DNA from: Eledone cirrhosa
Lineage: Eukaryota
Direction: 5' to 3'
Assembly: GCA_964016885.1 (NCBI GenBank)
Contig: OZ024759.1
Coordinates: 10,106,001-10,170,000, forward strand
Length of the DNA stretch: 64,000 nucleotides
Within the stretch, counting starts at the first letter, position 1; every line of letters starts with the position of its first letter. Below, piece by piece: positions 12,405-25,089 of this stretch. Below the pieces are notes generated by a model. That model was not told where the DNA came from and did not search any database. It worked only from the letters and a program-made list of their open reading frames with translations. Position numbers and translations under genes: made by a program.

Positions 12405-12708
12405 GAGATTTATCTAGTCCTTCGCTCAAGATTAATCTATAAGTTTAGATGTTTGCCTTCGTTTAAGTAAATATTACAGTAAGATTTTTAATATAAACAA
12501 CTACAAAAAACAATTAATATTAAAACGAAAAAATTATCAATGATAAAAGAAGCGGATGCAACTTTTTTTTTTATAAAGTTATATTCCTGTTTCTTTAAAG
12601 AACATTTCATTTTTGTTCTATTGTAGGCGAAATAATGCAATGGTTTAATAGGGAAGATATAACTTACGAATTATGTCTCTAACCGTGTAACGCTTTTTAA
12701 GTAGATAA
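3822..12708 (-). CDS. Candidate unidentified micro-exon gene: complement(12668..12708, 11646..11682, 9810..9856, 3822..3892)
   Basis: Four non-repeat islands with AG acceptors and donors GTAAGT/GTGAGT/GTAAGT/GTAAGT. Only one frame stays open through all four: YLLKKRYTVRDIIRFYNFAQPTTIKNYYEDMVPAQGQGGSSGGQLYVQALKNAPKTPSLGLDETI. No family recognised; could be a spliced non-coding RNA. Confidence 0.4.
3931..4305 (+). mobile_element. SINE family B copy (48-bp internal repeat unit; RTE-like 3' tail ending in (GAT)n)
   Basis: AAAGCACCCAG..CACTGTAAAGTGG core, TTAGGAAGGGCATCCAGCTGTAGAAA, tail ACCCATGCTAGCGTGGAAGAACGGACGTAAAACG(GAT)n. Near-identical copy at 53185-53628; others at about 16100-16270, 29085-29500, 44955-45200 and 59855-59960. 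Confidence 0.8.
5095..5700 (-). mobile_element. SINE family B with internal 48-bp unit expanded about 9-10 times
   Basis: SINE-B tail at 5095-5250 followed by tandem GACACCTACACGGCCACATTACAGCGTGGACTGTGTGTTTTTGTC units. Confidence 0.75.
6620..7233 (+). mobile_element. RTE-clade LINE ORF2 3' fragment ending in three C2H2-type zinc fingers
   Basis: RWSGHLAGMKDSRIPKQLFYGELVKGKRPPHKPKKRYKDSLK...AADRNKWR is a typical RTE/BovB post-RT region, followed by CSVCARLCLSKAGLESHLRSH, CQAYGRECKSAGGLKRHAKVH and CRLCARHFRSLAGLKSHIRSQ. Flanked by (TATG)n/(TG)n microsatellites. Confidence 0.8.
8300..9070. mobile_element. TA-flanked MITE (Tc1/mariner-pogo-like ends) carrying about 15 copies of a 41-bp unit containing CCCACCCTAACCC
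   Basis: TA|CTGTATTTCCTGGCGCCGAAGA ... TCTTTGATGCCAGGTAATACGG|TA imperfect TIRs; unit GAAGACACTTTGTCCTCAAGGACCCACCCTAACCCCGCACC. Confidence 0.7.
9125..9766 (+). mobile_element. piggyBac-like MITE (TTAA TSD) with internal 72-bp tandem array (about 7 units)
   Basis: TTAA|CCCTTTAGCATTTA ... CACTAAAGGG|TTAA; unit TTTACATTACTCTATATATACTATTGTATTTTCACAGTAAAGGCTTTACCTCACATAATATCTCACATAACA. Confidence 0.85.
9900..10220. repeat. (CAC/CAT)n degenerate trinucleotide microsatellite
   Basis: Directly visible. Confidence 0.9.
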
Positions 12709-13809
12709 CTACAATTGAAAATACTAAAGAAATGGAACCAACAATTCAATTTGAAAGTCGTCTAGTGACAGTGTATTACTGGTACTTTATTTTATCGACC
12801 CCGTAACGATGAAAGGCAAAAATGCAAATGTTTAAAATTTAAATTGCCTTAATTCTATCGTCTGCTGTTTCATTAAAGGGAGATTCTCGACTGTATTTAA
12901 TTCTATCGTCTACTGTTCCACTAAACAGATATACCTCCACTATCGTCTCTATTTATACATTTTAACTTATAACTTATACACATTTGATTTGAAATATTTT
13001 ATCTAGTCCCCCCTCTCAATATTATGATGATTTCTTTCGAATGAAACAGTTCTAGTCCTGTAGAAGCCATTTATATATATAATTGAACTGAGTTAAAAAT
13101 TCACAATATTTATAATTAAATAAGCTCATATATATATGTGTGTATTTATCTGTTTATTGTATTATATATAATGTGTGTATATACAGGATGTCCCCCAAAA
13201 ATATATACACACTTCAACAGCATTCTAATAACTATTGCCTGTACAGGTAATCAAAGTGTCAATCGAATGTTAGTTTCGTGTTTTAACAGTACAAATTTAC
13301 AATACACACATAAAACCAGTGTATATACATACATGAGTGTGTATACACATACATGAATGTGTATATACAATATATATGTATATATATATAGACACATATA
13401 TTCACGGTGCAACGGTACATTAAAATATAGATGCGGGAGAGGGGGGTGTATATATAGGGGCGCTGGGGATAAAGGAGTGTAAAGCGTGTGTAATTGATAT
13501 ATTGAAGGAGAGGAGCGTGCAGCGATAGAGTAACAAATATATAGAGAGGGGGAGAGATGGTATTGAAGGGGAGGAGTGCAAAGCGAAAGAGTAAGAGATA
13601 TATATAGAGACGGAACAGATAGAGAGAAACAGGCGTAAGTAACGGTGGAAGAGATATAGAGAGAGGTACTCTGATTGGTTGAAAATTAGCCAATGACATA
13701 CGATCACCACCACCACGGCTATCCCCGAAAAATTTTTAAAGAAGCTAGGCATATATGTTAGAACACGAAAAGTGAACATTCTGTTGTTTCACACTTTTCG
13801 TGTTCTAAC

Positions 13810-14500
13810 AGATATATACTATTGTATTTTCACAGTAAAGGCTTTACCTCACATAATATCTCATATAACATTTACATTACTCTATATATACTATTGTATT
13901 TTCACAGTAAAGGCTTTACCTCACATAATATCTCACATAACATTTACATTACTCTATATATACTATTGTATTGTCACAGTAAAGGATTTACCTCACATAA
14001 TATCTCACATAACATTTACATTACTCTATATATACTATTGTATTTTCACAGTAAAGGCTTTACCTCACATAATATCTCACATAACATTTACATTACTCTA
14101 TATATACTATTGTATTTTCACAGTAAAGGCTTTACCTCACATAATATCTCACATAACATTTACATTACTCTATATATACTATTGTATTTTCACAGTAAAG
14201 GCTTTACCTCACATAATATCTCACATAACATTTACATTACTCTATATATACTATTATATTTTCACAGTAAAGGCTTTACCTCACATAATATCTCACATAA
14301 CATTTACATTACTCTATATATACTATTGGATTTTCACTGTAAAGACTTTATCTCACATAATATTGAATTTAGGAGATTTTGATATCATTTATTTTGAGAA
14401 TAATACCTTAAAGTTGGTATGAGGGACAAGTTACAGCCAATTTGAACTGAAAAATGTGAGAGAATTCTGGCTGGATATGGCTGGTTTAAATGCTAAAGGG
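13810..14500 (+). mobile_element. piggyBac-like MITE with 72-bp array (about 7 units), left end missing
   Basis: 72-bp units then conserved tail ending TAAATGCTAAAGGG|TTAA at 14500. Confidence 0.8.
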
Positions 14501-14549
14501 TTAATGTAAGTAAATATTAAGGAAATAGATTAATGCAAGTTAATATTAA

Positions 14550-14742
14550 CCCGTTAGCATTTAAACCGGCCATATCCGGCCAGAATTATCTCACCTTTTT
14601 CTGTTCAAACCAGCCATAACTAACTACTCATACTGATGTTAAGGTATTGTTTTCAAAATAAATAATATAAAAATCTTGTAGAAATAAAGTGTTTACCATG
14701 AAAACACAATAATAAATATAGAGTAATGTAAATGCTTTAGGG
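14550..14742 (-). mobile_element. Unexpanded (about 190 bp) copy of the same piggyBac-like MITE
   Basis: TTAA|CCCGTTAGCATTTAAACC ... GAGTAATGTAAATGCTTTAGGG; contains only a partial single unit. Confidence 0.7.
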
Positions 14743-14749
14743 GATAAGG

Positions 14750-15692
14750 AAATAGATTAATGGAAGTATATATTAAGGAAATAGATAATGTAAGTTAATA
14801 TTAAGGAAATAGATTAATGTAAGTAAATATTAAGAGAAATAGATTAATGTAAGTAAATATTAAGAGAAATAGATTAATGTAAGTTAATATTAAGTAAATA
14901 GATTAATGTAAGTAAATATTAAGAGAAATAGATTAATGTAAGTAAATATTAAGTAAATAGATTAATGTAAGTAAATATTAAGAGAAATAGATTAATGTAA
15001 GTTAATATTAAGTAAATAGATTAATGTAAGTAAATATTAAGAGAAATAGATTAATGTAAGTAAATATTAAAAGAAATAGATAATGTAAGTTAATATTAAG
15101 AGAAATAGATTAATGTAAGTTAATATTAAGAGAAATAGATTAATGTAAGTTAATATTAAGAAAAATAGATTAATGTAAGTAAATATTAAGAGAAATAGAT
15201 TAATGTAAGTTAATATTAAGAGAAATAGATTAATTGTTTCTACTTTTGGCAGATTAATGTAAGTAAATATTAAGAGAAATAGATTAATGTAAGTAAATAT
15301 TAAGAGAAATAGATTAATGTAAGTTAATATTAAGTAAATAGATTAATGTAAGTAAATATTAAGAGAAATAGATTAATGTAAGTTAATATTAAGTAAATAG
15401 ATTAATGTAAGTAAATATTAAGAGAAATAGATTAATGTAAGTAAATATTAAAAGAAATAGATAATGTAAGTTAATATTAAGAGAAATAGATTAATGTAAG
15501 TTAATATTAAGAGAAATAGATTAATGTAAGTTAATATTAAGAAAAATAGATTAATGTAAGTAAATATTAAGAGAAATAGATTAATGTAAGTTAATATTAA
15601 GAAAAATAGATTAATGTAAGTTAATATTAAGAAAAATAGATTAATGTAAGTTAATATTAAGAGAAATAGATTAATGTAAGTTAATATTAAGA
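14750..15692. repeat. AT-rich 29-30 bp minisatellite, about 31 copies
   Basis: Unit AAGAGAAATAGATTAATGTAAGT(A/T)AATATT. Confidence 0.9.
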
Positions 15693-15759
15693 GGAATATA
15701 AGGAAAGAACTATCAGTGAGTCAATATGAAATTAATGGAACTTTTTCTACTTGTAGAGT

Positions 15760-15935
15760 TTGTGACAAAACCTGCCTGTGAGAGGCTGGACATCAATCTC
15801 ACATGAGAGTACACAATAGGACACTTCCTACTGACCTCATAAAGATAACAACTAGGGCACACTTATCAATGCCATATCTGTCACAAAATATGCAAATCCT
15901 AAGGGTGGTCTAAAGAGACATTTCAAGGTTCAAGG
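15760..15935 (+). mobile_element. Decayed RTE C-terminal zinc-finger fragment
   Basis: TCRVCDKTCL*EAGHQSHMRVH and YQCHICHKICKS/GGLKRHFKV parallel the fingers at 6950-7233. Confidence 0.55.
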
Positions 15936-16007
15936 TCAGACAATTGTCATGTGTGTGTGTATGTGTGTATACATATATAAATATATATATGTGTGGGGGC
16001 GGGGTAT

Positions 16008-16051
<44 letters not shown>

Positions 16052-16097
16052 GGAAAGAGTGAAGAATAACCTATAATGATATTTTGTTATCTCTTAT

Positions 16098-16130
<33 letters not shown>

Positions 16131-17051
16131 TTCTTTATTTTACGTCCACTTTTCCCTGCTTGCAAGGGTGGGACGGGAACTGATTCTGGCTTGATTTCTA
16201 CAGCTGGATGTCCTTCCTAACACCAACCTCATTTACAGTGAGTGCTGGGTGCTTTTTTGCCGTGGCACCTCCACTTTGCAGTGGAATGATAGGGACCCCA
16301 GTCCCTATCATCTCATTTCTACAGCTGAGTAAACTGGAGCAATGTGAAATAAAGTATCTTGTTCAAGGAAACAACACATCACCCGGTCTGAGAATTGAAC
16401 TCACAACTTTTCGATTGCAAGGCCAATGCTCTAACCACTAAGCCATGTGCCTCCATCTACTTATATATATATACAAGTGGAAGCTTAGTAAAATCAAAGC
16501 TTTGGCTGTGGCCAAGCAAAGTCGACCTACAATAAGGAATGAGTAGCAAAGCACTCAATAAGGGTAGGCCCTCAGAGTAATAACATACTTTTAGATAGCT
16601 TGACAAATTGAAAATTGCGGCAGGCAAAGCCCAGCCATACAGTACCAAAACAACGAAAGAACTAATCAGGTTAGACAACAGACCTGGACAGATCGAACCA
16701 TATTCTGAAATACATCCGATATGTTTCTATGAATCCGACATCATCAATCCCACTTATGTAATACGTAAGTTTGTGGTATTCTATGATGGAACAGGGGATT
16801 CACTTCATCGACAGGTATTTCGTTCTATGCCTCAAACAGGTGTGAACTGCAACTCATGACGACTGCTACAATAGACAGCCTTTAGTCTTTCGTTGTCACG
16901 GGTTATTTCCAACAAGGGAAGTAATCCCCGGTTTTTGGCGGGTAAATTCAAAGTGTTAACAAAGGAAAATAATTCCTTTCAACATTCCGAATAAAACCTC
17001 TCGACTAAATGTTATTAAACAAACATAAATAATTAACCAATCAACAGAATT

Positions 17052-18603
17052 GTCTCACATACCTCACATAATATCTCACATATCTTACATTACTCTATAT
17101 ATACTATTGTATTTTCATAGTAAAGGCTTTACCTCACATAATATCTCACATAACATTTACATTACTCTATATATACTATTGTATTTTCATAGTAAAGGCT
17201 TTACCTCACATAATATCTCACATAACATTTACATTACTCTTTATATACTATTGTATTTTCATAGTAAAGGCTTTACCTCACATAATATCTCACATAACAT
17301 TTACATTACTCTATATATACTATTGTATTTTCATAGTAAAGGCTTTACCTCACATAATATCTCACATAACATTTACATTACTCTTTATATACTATTGTAT
17401 TTTCATAGTAAAGGCTTTACCTCACATAATATCTCACATAACATTTACATTACTCTATATATACTATTGTATTTTCATAGTAAAGGCTTTACCTCACATA
17501 ATATCTCACATATCTTACATTACTCTATATATACTATTGTATTTTCATAGTAAAGGCTTTACCTCACATAATATCTCACATAACATTTACATTACTCTAT
17601 ATTTACTATTGTATGTTCACAGTAAAGGCTTTACCTCACATAATATCTCACATAACATTTACATTACTCTATATATACTATTGTATTTTCATGGTAAACA
17701 CTTTATCTCACATAATATCTCACATAACATTTACATTACTCTATATATACTATTGTATTGTCACAGTAAAGGCTTTACCTCACATAATATCTCACATAAC
17801 ATTTACATTACTCTATATATACTATTGTATTTTCATAGTATAGGCTTTACCTCACATAATATCTCACATATCTTACATTACTCTATATATACTATTGTAT
17901 TTTCATAGTAAAGGCTTTACCGCACATAATATCTCACATAACATTTACATTACTCTATATATACTATTGCATTTTCACAGTAAAGGCTTTACCTCACATA
18001 ATACCTCACATAACATTTACATTACTCTATATTTACTATTGTATGTTCACAGTAAAGGCTTTACCTCACATAATATCTCACATAACATTTACATTACTCT
18101 ATATATACTATTGTATTTTCATGGTAAACACTTTATCTCACATAATATCTCACATAACATTTACATTACTCTATATATACTATTGTATTGTCACAGTAAA
18201 GGCTTTACCTCACATAATATCTCACATAACATTTACATTACTCTATATATACTATTGTATTTTCACAGTAAAGGCTTTACCTCACATAATATCTCACATA
18301 ACATTTACACTACTCTATATATACTATTGTATTGTCACAGTAAAGGCTTTACCTCACATAATATCTCACATAACATTTACATTACTCTATATAAACTATT
18401 GTATTGTCACAGTAAAGGCTTTACCTCACATAATATCTCACATAACATTTACATTACTCTATATATACTATTGTATTTTCACAGTAAAGGCTTTACCTCA
18501 CATAATATCTCACATAACATTTACATTACTCTCTATATACTATTGTATTTTCATGGTAAAGGCTTTACCTCACATAATATCTCACATAACATTTACATTA
18601 CTC

Positions 18604-18642
<39 letters not shown>

Positions 18643-20165
18643 AATTATTGTGTACAGTGCTCAGGTGCACTACAACTCATCAAAGGTGCATGTATAGTAC
18701 ATAGAATAATGTACAAATGTCAGGAAAATGAACAGTGTATGAGTCATGATATAATAACAATAACAATAATGAAATATTGTGTACAGTGCCCAGGTGCACC
18801 ACAACTCATCAAAAAGGTGCATGTACAGTACATAGGGCAATGCACAAACATCAGTAAAATGAACAGTGCACGAGTCATGATACACACGTGTGCATGTGTA
18901 TGGAAGGGGTACATCAGGTGTAGTTTTGGCGTATTTCGGGAAGCATGAGTGTCTTAAAGGATGCAGTGTCTCGGCAGCTAACAATTGACGCAGGCAGTTG
19001 GTTCCATGCTTCAGCAACTCTGAGCGTGAAAAAATGTCTGCGAAAGTCATGGGAGCTGTGCTGTTTTCTTATCTTGTAGGCATGTCCACGTGTGTTAGAC
19101 ACATGGAGATCAAAGAGGCGCTCAGGGTTGCAGTTGGCGAGATGGTTAAAAACTTTGTGGGTATTCACCAAGTCCATTGCCAGACGTCGGAGCTTCAATG
19201 AATCCATGCCCAGGGAAGCAAGGCGTTCAGAGTATGGTAGGTGTCTGATGGAGGGTATGCGCTTGGTTGCACGTCTCTGAACAGTTTCCAGGAGGTCAAT
19301 GTTCCGAGCAAGATAGGGGTTCCAGACTGATGATGCGAATTCCAAGTGTGGGCGCACCATAGCTGTATACAGTTTTAAATAGATGGCTGGAGAGCGGCTA
19401 ACAAAGGTCTTGCTGAGTGATGCCAAGACACCCTCGGCCTTCTTGACAATCTTAGAGACATGCTTTGTCCAACGCAAATCGTTGCTGACAGTAATGCCCA
19501 GGTCACGTTCACAAGAGGACTTTTTGATGTCAGTGTTGTGGAGGGAGTATGTGGACGCTGGATTTTTCCTTCCAAAATGCATGGTGGTACACTTGTCAAT
19601 ACAAGTACAACATACTATTGTATTTTCATGGTAAACACTTTATCTCACATAATATCTCACATAACATTTACATTACTCTATATATACTATTGTATTGTCA
19701 CAGTAAAGGCTTTATCTCACATAATATCTCAACATTTACATTGCTCTATATATACTATTGTATTGTCACAGAAAAGGCTTTACCTCACATAATATCTCAC
19801 ATAACATTTACATTACTCTATATATACTATTGTATTGTCACAGTAAAGGCTTTATCTCACATAATATCTCACATAACATTTACATTACTCTATATATACT
19901 ATTGTATTGTCACAGTAAAGGCTTTATCTTACATAATATCTCACATAACATTTACATTACTCTATATATACTATTGTATTTTCACAGTAAAGGCTTTACC
20001 TCACATAATTATCTCTCGTAATATAAGATCTATGAGATTTTGATATTATTTATTTTGAGAATAATACCTTAACATAAGTATGAGTAGCCAGTTATGGCCA
20101 GTTTGAACAGAAAGAGGTGAGAGAATTCTGGCTGGATACAACCGCTTTAAATGCTAAAGAGTTAA
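17052..20165 (+). repeat. 72-bp MITE-borne array (about 27 units) split by a CR1 insertion
   Basis: Units at 17052-18610 and 19610-20010; MITE tail ends ATGCTAAAGAG|TTAA near 20161. Confidence 0.85.
18611..19600 (-). mobile_element. CR1-clade LINE 3' fragment (post-RT ORF2 18914-19582, partly duplicated 3' UTR, (TTA)n tail)
   Basis: ERDLGITVS, LYTAMVRPHLEFASSVWNPY, LETVQRRATKRIP, YSERLASLG, TRGHAYKI and FFTLRVAEAWNQLP are typical CR1 ORF2 C-terminal motifs. Confidence 0.9.
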
Positions 20166-20239
20166 TTGATTTTTGGATCTTATTGAACCCTCATCAGAAG
20201 ATGTGTGTATCATCCAATGAACCACAAGGAAACGTATTT

Positions 20240-20520
20240 GAAACAGGATATATGAACTGAGAGAGATACTAAGCAAAAGAGGGATTAGATGCAATATGCA
20301 GGAGAGAAGATTGTGTTGATATGAACATGTGATGCATATGAAGAGTGACAGCTGTATAAAAAGGTGCAGGGCATTCAAGATTGATGGAAGCTATGGAAGA
20401 GGAAGACCAAGGAATAATTGGGATATGGTGATAAAAGCTGACCCCCACACAGTTGTACCTCCCAAAGGTGATGAGAGAGGATCAAGATCTCTGGCTTGAT
20501 GCAGTAATACAGAAGACAGA
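20240..20520 (+). mobile_element. Decayed RTE LINE 3' fragment
   Basis: ELREILSKRGIRCNMQERRLC*YEHVMHM...GRGRPRNNWDMVIKAD, same family as 60267-60880. Confidence 0.7.
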
Positions 20521-20780
20521 TCTTCCCAGGGACATGGGCTGAAGCAAACATCTAGTGGTCTCTAGTATTCACCATTTCTCCCTCACATCTCGTATAATAA
20601 TGAAATTATTGTGTAAAGTGCTTACGTGCACTACAACATGTAGTGTATATCTTAACTAACTACCAACACAAGCGCTAATTATACTATGTCCGTTTCAGAA
20701 TAATACTTAGAGCAGATGGGTATATATAACCATCAAATATATGTTTCTTCAGAGAGAGAGGGAGAGAGAGAGGTCATTAA

Positions 20781-21551
20781 TCCTTTACCATTTACATTAC
20801 TCTATATATACTATTGTATTGTCACAGTAAAGGCTTTACCTCACATATCTCACATAACATTTACATTACTCTATATATACTATTGTATTTTCACAGTAAA
20901 GGCTTTACCTCACATAATATCTCACATAACATTTACATTACTCTATATATACTATTGTATTGTCACAGTAAAGGCTTTACCTCACATAATATCTCACATA
21001 ACATTTACATTACTCTATATATACTATTGTATTTTCACAGTAAAGGCTTTACCTCACATAATACCTCACATACCATTTACATTACTCTATATATACTATT
21101 GTATTGTCACAGTAAAGGCTTTACCTCACATAATATCTCACATAACATTTACATTACTCTATATATACTATTGTATTTTCACAGTAAAGGCTTTACCTCA
21201 CATAATATCCCACATAACATTTACATTACTCTATATATACTATTGTATTGTCACAGTAAAGGCTTTACCTCACATAATATCCCACATAACATTTACATTA
21301 CTCTATATATACTATTGTATTGTCACAGTAAAGGCTTTACCTCACATAATATCCCACATAACATTTACATTACTCTATATATACTATTGTATTGTCACAG
21401 TAAAGGCTTTACATAATTATTTCACATATAGAATTGATGAGATTTTGATATTATTTATTTTGAGAACAATACCTTAATATAAGTATGAATGGCTGGTTAC
21501 AGCCAGTTTGAACAGAAACAGGTGAGAGAATTCTGGCTGGATATGGACTGT
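20781..21551 (+). mobile_element. piggyBac-like MITE with 72-bp array (about 9 units)
   Basis: Starts TTAA|TCCTTTACCATTTACA; abuts the oppositely oriented copy at TTAA 21552-21555. Confidence 0.8.
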
Positions 21552-22034
21552 TTAACCCTTTAATGTTCAAACCGGCCAAAATCTGCCAGAATTCACTATC
21601 ACTTTCTGTTGAAACTGGCTGTAACTGGTTGTTCAAACTGATGTTAAGGCATTGTTCTCAAAATAAATACTTTCAAAATCTCATAAATTCGATATTATAC
21701 TGTGATAATACAATAGTATATATAGAGTAATGTAAATGTTATGTGAGGTATTATGTGAGATAAAGCCTTTACTGTGACAATACAATAGTATATATAGAGT
21801 GATTTCTTTATTTGCCACTAGGGCACAAAAGGTAGGGACAGATACAAGGGGGGAAGTTTACATATAATTAACGAGTACAAAAATATAACAATGAAATAAC
21901 AACAAACGAAGTCCTCAATAGGGAGGGGGCATTAACATGGGTCGCACACACCCCGGAAAAAATGTGCAACCCTTCTCCTCAGGAGCACAAAGAGTAGGTG
22001 CCTCCCTTGTCTCCTCTTTTTCCTCTTCTTTCAC

Positions 22035-23240
22035 CTACAGGCTGATATAGAGAGAAGACCCATTCACTCTGGCCATTCTCCCTACTTTCACCCACCTTTC
22101 ATAAAACTTGCTGGGGTAGAGCACCTCTCTCTCCATTCTGATCCTTCTTTTAAAATGGTATTTGAAAAAGGGGACCAGTTGTTGGCCGGAGAGAAAGGTG
22201 TCTGACCTCAGCCCTTTCAGCCTCGTCCACCATACAACTTCTTTAGCCATGGCTATCACACAGAGAAAAACCGCCTCTCCTTCATTTTTGAAAGGGGGAG
22301 GCGGTTTGATCGTGACAATGGACTCGGTGGTCAACCGGATTGGTCCCACCCTCGACAGTAGTCGTTCCACATAGCCCCACAGGTCAGCAATGCCTGGGCA
22401 GTGTACAAATGTGTGCGCAACGGTTTCGTCGTCATGCACGCATCTCGGACAGATCTTATTCAAAGGATCCCTACCCAGGCTCCCATGCCTGTGGAGCTTG
22501 TCTCGAACGGGTAGAGCCCCTCGGTAGCACTGCCAAGCCAGGGACTTTTGGAAGTTGTCCATCGGTCCAGGGCCAAACGTCCTACCGAATAGACTGGCCA
22601 GTTCATCTTCCTCCATGCCTAGAGCTTCTCCGAGAGCATCATCGCACCTGCTGCGTACCAACCTTCTATAGAATGTCGAGGTGGAGTCTCCACTGATTGC
22701 CGGGTCCGCTTTCCAGAGGGCCGTGAGCGCCTGGGCACATTCAATGTGCCAGTCGCCCACTTTTCTCGGTCTTTGCTTGACCCAGGATTGCAGCTCGGTG
22801 AGCGAGACGAGTCTGGGAAAGGCTCGCCTCACAAACGGGGCCCACACTGGTTGACCGGTGAGGAATACCTGGAGGTGCCGTAGCCTTAATGCGTGTTTAC
22901 GCATCTGTAGCCACGGCATCCCCAGCCCTCCTTTCGAAGGGTGTTGACAGCAGATGGATCTCCTCACCAAAGGGGTCCGCTTGTTCCAAAGAAATTGGAA
23001 CAGCGCGCACTCCATTTTGGCGAGTCTTTTCACTGGGCAAGGCACGACGGTCAAGCGGTAGTAGATGACGGATGCTATATAAGTATTCGCCACCTCCGCC
23101 TGACCTTTCAGGGATAGTTTGCACTGGGCCCACTTCTGGGTGAGTGCAAACACCCTGGCCGTTACATCGTTCCAGTTTTTCTCCACCTGGAGGTCTGGTC
23201 CGAACCAGACCCCAAGCAGCTTCACCGGGCCCTCCGTCCA
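22035..23240 (-). pseudogene. Tx1-like ORF2 C-terminal part (post-RT region and Cys/His zinc-binding domain)
   Basis: VKLLGVWFG, LSLKGQA, LFQFLW, KGGLGMP, LPVRDKL, CPRC...ETVAHTFVHC. Confidence 0.85.
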
Positions 23241-23253
23241 GCGCCGGGTGAGA

Positions 23254-24516
23254 CTATGGATTGAAATCCATAGTCTCACCCGGCGCGCTGCCCCTCTCGA
23301 ACAGTCGTGCAAAGTGCCGCTGAAAGGCCGCACACATCTGCCCAGGTTCAAAGATCACATGCCCATCCTGGTCCTTCAAAGACCGAATCGTGGACTTGTT
23401 CCCACTTTTTGCCTCTGTCACTCGGGCCCAGCTCACAGCTTTGGCTCCCTCATTACCCAGAGCACGTATTTTACTCCTGACAACGCAGCCTTCATGCTTC
23501 ACCTCAAAGAACTGGTCTAAGGCTATTCTTGATGACAGCACGCCGGCTACATTGCCACTCCTAATCGCCTCATCTACTCTATCTACTAATTCCCTTTCCG
23601 TCTTGTTCCTATCCCTTGCTAATTCCTGACTAAAACCTATCGATTCTATTCTAATTGCTCTCTTATGAGAGCTCCACCACCTGTTGTTGACAATTGCCCC
23701 TGTCAAACTCTGCTTAACTAACGTGCTAATCCGTTTACTGTAAGCTTTGCTTGTCGGTAAGGACAAGTTCAGCTTCCAGTAACCGGGTCCCTGTCTATGG
23801 GTTCTATCAAGGTTGGCTATGCAGGTCACTAACTTGTGATCCGAATAGTCAACCATGAACATTTTTGGACAGCTAAATGTGTCCCTATCCTTCTCTCTAA
23901 CTAGGACCCTATCTAGGTACGACCTAGATGTTCCGCTACGATTGGTCCACGTCCATAGTGGTACAGTCGGAAAATCTAGTCGATATCTATCGGTCAGGTC
24001 AAATCGGCCGATTAACCTTTTGAGGCTTTTACACCCCCCTCTATTGGCACTTGCCCCTACATAGTCCCAACGTGCATCCAGGATACCATTCCAGTACCCC
24101 ACTAAAAGCAAGGAGCGGGACGTTCCCAGAAAAGTTTCCAGACGCTGGAAGTATTCTGGCCGCGCTGCCCAAAAAGGGGCGTACACAGCAATTAGTCTAA
24201 GGGCTCCACTTTCACTACTGCCGACGTCTAAAACCACCAGTCGACCCTCCGGGTCCAGGTGCACCTTCTGTATGGCGAGGCCCAGGTGTTTTCGCAGCAG
24301 AACGACAACTCCACCCCCACCCTCCGGCTGACAGAGAGATGCGAAGATCTCAAAGTCGTCGAAGAGGGGCGCCAGTTGGTGCTCGCTGCTGATCCTGGAC
24401 TCGCAAATAGCCATTACATCCATTCTATGCGACCTGAGATCGGTTAAAAGTTTGCCTTGTTTCCAAGACAGTCCCAGGCCACGTACATTCAGACACCCAA
24501 CTCTTATATCAGCCAT
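23254..24516 (-). pseudogene. Tx1-like ORF2 N-terminal part: APE-type endonuclease plus linker, truncated at the deletion junction
   Basis: CLNVRGL, ICESR, VYAP, GYWNG (GDxN with Asp to Tyr), WTW, SYLDRVLV, YSDHKLV, GPGYWKLN. Confidence 0.85.
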
Positions 24517-25089
24517 GTTGGTTAAAAGAGGAAGGACCTACCTGTTCGGCTCCTGAGGAGCAGGTTGCACAATATCCATGGGCGTATTGGAGGGGTTGTT
24601 TGGTGGGGTATTGTTCTGTGGTGGAGTGGGGGTGTTTGGTGAGGTGTGGGTGGGGAAACGTTTCAAGAGGACGCGGTCATAGGGTCGAGTACATGTTTTC
24701 CCCACGTCCTCAGGAAAGTTCTCTCTTAGTTTTGCATAGGTGTCCATTGGAAGTCTTGTCATTTTTAAATGCGGTTTGTTGGCCGCGCTTGCAAAGAATT
24801 GCCCTTCAGTTTCCACCGAAGGGTCTTTGTGTATTGTTTTTACTAGTTCTTTGTTATTTGTGTTAATGTATGTATACTGTTTTATTTGTGTTGTGTTTGT
24901 TTGTTGTTCTTGTGTGTGCTTACGTTTTGTTGTATGTGTTATGTTTTGGGGTGGGCGGATTTTGTTTGTTCTGTTTGTTTTGTTTTTGTTGGTGGTTGTG
25001 TGTTTGTTTCGTTTATGTTCGAGTGGTGCTTTCTTTTTTTCCTTTTTACAGGTTGGAAGGGTCCCCCCTCTTCGTCACAAGGTGCCGTT

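Noticed and set aside
12668-12708. Resemblance of YLLKKRYTVRDII to the C-terminal helix of PARG
   Set aside because: Too short, and no PARG catalytic exons (GGG-X6-8-QEE, GCGAFGGD) were found upstream in the window.
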